36,507 nucleotides of DNA from Neoconidiobolus thromboides FSU 785 (Eukaryota; Fungi; Entomophthoromycota): contig MU626451.1 of assembly GCA_025603075.1 (NCBI GenBank), forward strand, positions 1 through 36,507, given 5' to 3'. The notes below the pieces were generated by a model. That model ran no database searches, had not been told where the DNA came from, and saw nothing but the letters and a program-made list of their open reading frames with translations. The position numbers were made by a program, and so were the translations under genes. Position 1 is the first letter of the stretch. The number at the start of each line of letters is the position of its first letter. Of the stretch, positions 33,913 to 36,507 are shown in pieces.

Positions 33913-35930
33913 ATTGAGTCCTATTAATGATGAAATATAAGTATCAAATATATGTTTATAGCTTTATGCTATTACCTTTTATTAATTTGATATTAATATA
34001 CTTTTGTATTAAGATTAATGAGATCAAAAAGTAAAGCCACTTTGTTGAAAGCAAAATACCTTAAATAAAATAAAAAAACTGGGTTTTCTGAACAGGAACA
34101 ACAATACTTGAACTTTTAAATTATAATTTAATATTTTTGATTTTTATTTCCAAATTAAGACATATAATTTATTTTGAGCTATATTATTTACAAATAGAGC
34201 ACTTTTTGCTATCAGTTATTTTTATAAGGCGAAGGGCGTAAAATAATAGATAACATTTATTTAGAAGTAAATTATAGGATACTCAGTATGTAATTGTAAC
34301 TTTAAGAGTAGTTATTTTAATTTGAACTTTGGTTCTATCTTTAGAACACCTCATATCTCTTATGAAGCGGTAATAGTGGTTGAAAACCACTATAAAAGCC
34401 ACAGGTTAAATTTTCATTTAGATCAGCATGTTACACCAGCGAGCTAACTTAGATATCTATCATATTTTCTGAACCATGTACTATTTAAATTAAATAAGTA
34501 CCATTTAATACCATCATTCAAATAGCAAAAGTATTGCGAATGAATTCATTTGGCCTTATCGATATGAAGTTCTTCTCTGCTTGAATTTATTTGTCAAAAG
34601 GACATTTAATTTTTAATGAAGCTAATAATAGAATAGCACCTCAAGTTATATTTTTTAAATTTGATAGAGAGCTATAGCTTATGACAATTACTTATAATAC
34701 TTTTATTTCATTTCTACAGAACTCTTTAAATAAGCTGTTTTTATGACAAAGAAGTTATAAAATATTAGATCTATAACAGTATTTATTTGAATGAAACATA
34801 TAATATAAGTTCTTGGAGAACCTGTCTAAATAGATAATAAATGATAGTATTTATTTATCCATTTTTTATTTTGCACAAAATTTAAAAAAATTGGTTAATA
34901 CAAATCTAGAAAAACATTCGAGATTTTTAAATTTTCAAAATACTGCTAGTAGCTTGAACAACTTATTTAACCACATGTTTTGATGTCTATACAAGATACG
35001 GTATAAAGTTAATATTTGTTTAAACTTTCATTTTGACTATGTAGAATAGGTAAAATATTCAATAGCTTTTAACCAGATATAATAATGAAAATAGATTTAA
35101 AAAATTAATCTTTTAGCTTTTTTATAAACATTTTTATGCCAATTTATTAAGATGCTGTAGAATGATAAATAATGTTTAAACTCGAACTTTTATTTTAACA
35201 TGTTAAATTTTTTAGATCACATGAAAAATATATATTAAACTTAATAGCTTGAAAAATTGTCCAAAATTTTTAAATAAAAGTTATTTAAACCTAGTTATAT
35301 ATTTTTAAATATCTTTATACTTATTTCTAGTGTTTTTTTATAAAGTCCATATATATATATGTTGATTAAGGGGAGAAACAGAAAATAGTATTATTTTCAC
35401 AGAAGGCAGTGGACTTGTTCACTATAGGATGGCTAAAGCTTTTAAAAAGTTGAGTCAAGTAGCGCAAGGTGGGAATCGTTGATGTACATCATACTTACTA
35501 GAGAGAACCAACTTTAGTAAATGTCAGCTTTAAGTGAAAAGAGATATTATTTTGAAAAAATACAACCCAAATTATACAAAAGACTCCTTTGTTGTAAATC
35601 AAAAACTGTTTTTATGTTTAATTTTTCTCACTACTATTATTAATTACTATTACATACAGGTAAGTAAAAGTTTGATTAAAATCAAGGATAAGATTTTCCC
35701 ATTTCATTTTTTTTAACCACTTACTGTATAACATAATAAATACTGAATAAAAAACGTCCAAACGGAATTATTTTAAAATTAAGCAAAAAAGTAAAAAAAA
35801 TTGCAACACTTAGTGTTTAATTCATAATATTTGCTAAGTACCTAATTAAACAAAAACTGAACTAAGCTTTCAGGCTAATTCATATATAATTTGAAATTAC
35901 GTTATGGTCAACTTTTTTAATATATGAGGC

Positions 35931-35967
35931 TGTCTTAATTGGTTTCAGAATCTACTTAGAAATTAAT
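35931..35967 (+). repeat. About 37-bp dispersed repeat, copy 2
   Basis: tgtcttaattggtttcagaatctacttagaaattaat matches 16636-16672. Confidence 0.6.
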
Positions 35968-36275
35968 CCAAATTTAAAATTTCAAGTTTGTGTCCAATAT
36001 AACGGTTAAATCTAAAAAGCCTAAAATTAAATGTCTCTATTTAAAACTTATTTTAATTGTTTCCTTTTAAATAGCTAATTTTCCTAATTATATAAATACA
36101 CTTATTTGACTTTGTTTTTTGTTGAAATAAAAATAAAATGCAAACTTTCATAACTAAACTTCGAAATAGAATTTTTGAAAATTTCAATACAATAGGGAGG
36201 AGTACATAATATAAACATTGTAATTCATTTACATCAATTTTAAGAGATACTTATAACAACCCAAGGTTTATGTAA

Positions 36276-36507
36276 TTTTATAACAAAACAAAACAAAGAA
36301 AAGATATATTACCAAAGTTTACTATCGATAATAATAAACTTAATCAACCAATGTATAAAATTAGTGCTTTAAGGGAAACAGGAAACAAAAACCAACAAGT
36401 AGCGTTATTATCAACTATAGCTTCAGTATATTCTTTTGATGAATGTAAGAGTTTTGGGTTTAATATAAACAGAAATCAATATAATTATTCAAAAATAAGT
36501 AATAATA
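36276..36507 (+). CDS. Open frame running off the right edge, unknown product (possibly transposon-derived)
   Basis: No stop for 77 codons from 36276 to the end. ATG at 36351 gives MYKISALRETGNKNQQVALLSTIASVYSFDECKSFGFNINRNQYNYSKISNN. Confidence 0.3.

Noticed and set aside
35500-35520. ATACTTACTAG resembling the U1 snRNA 5' end
   Set aside because: U1 needs ATACTTACCTG followed by conserved stem-loops and an Sm site, none of which follow.
35534-35716. 60-aa ORF with GTG start
   Set aside because: Non-ATG start, AT-driven composition and no motif.
1-36507. tRNA, rRNA or an intact transposase/reverse transcriptase gene
   Set aside because: No cloverleaf, rRNA-conserved blocks or DDE/RT motifs were seen by eye. 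A tRNAscan-SE/Infernal run would be needed to exclude small RNAs.

Overview
AT-rich eukaryotic genomic DNA with many short (about 42-60 nt) GT-AG introns, several with CTAAC/TTAAC branch sites. Gene content points to an aerobic early-diverging fungus. Zoopagomycota-like is my inference, from the peroxisomal carrier, the AA11-type LPMO and genes usually lost in yeasts. Left to right: a 5'-truncated patatin-like phospholipase with no intron in the visible part; LIM-RhoGAP LRG1; a Snapin/Pallidin-like coiled-coil gene; an Integrator subunit 7 (INTS7)-like gene with an RGG/Pro-rich N-terminal extension; MUS81; an orphan island (about 13.1-19.9 kb) with two head-to-head acidic disordered-protein genes around an inverted MITE pair; a peroxisomal adenine-nucleotide/CoA carrier (PMP47/SLC25A17 family); TRS65/TRAPPC14-like; three more MITE copies; PP2A B55 subunit CDC55; NOL8-like; a secreted AA11-type LPMO with a Cys-rich tail; and an ORF running off the right edge. 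Splice models were traced by eye and family calls come from remembered motifs; no searches were run. The best leads are the fungal INTS7-like gene and the mirror-arranged acidic gene pair.
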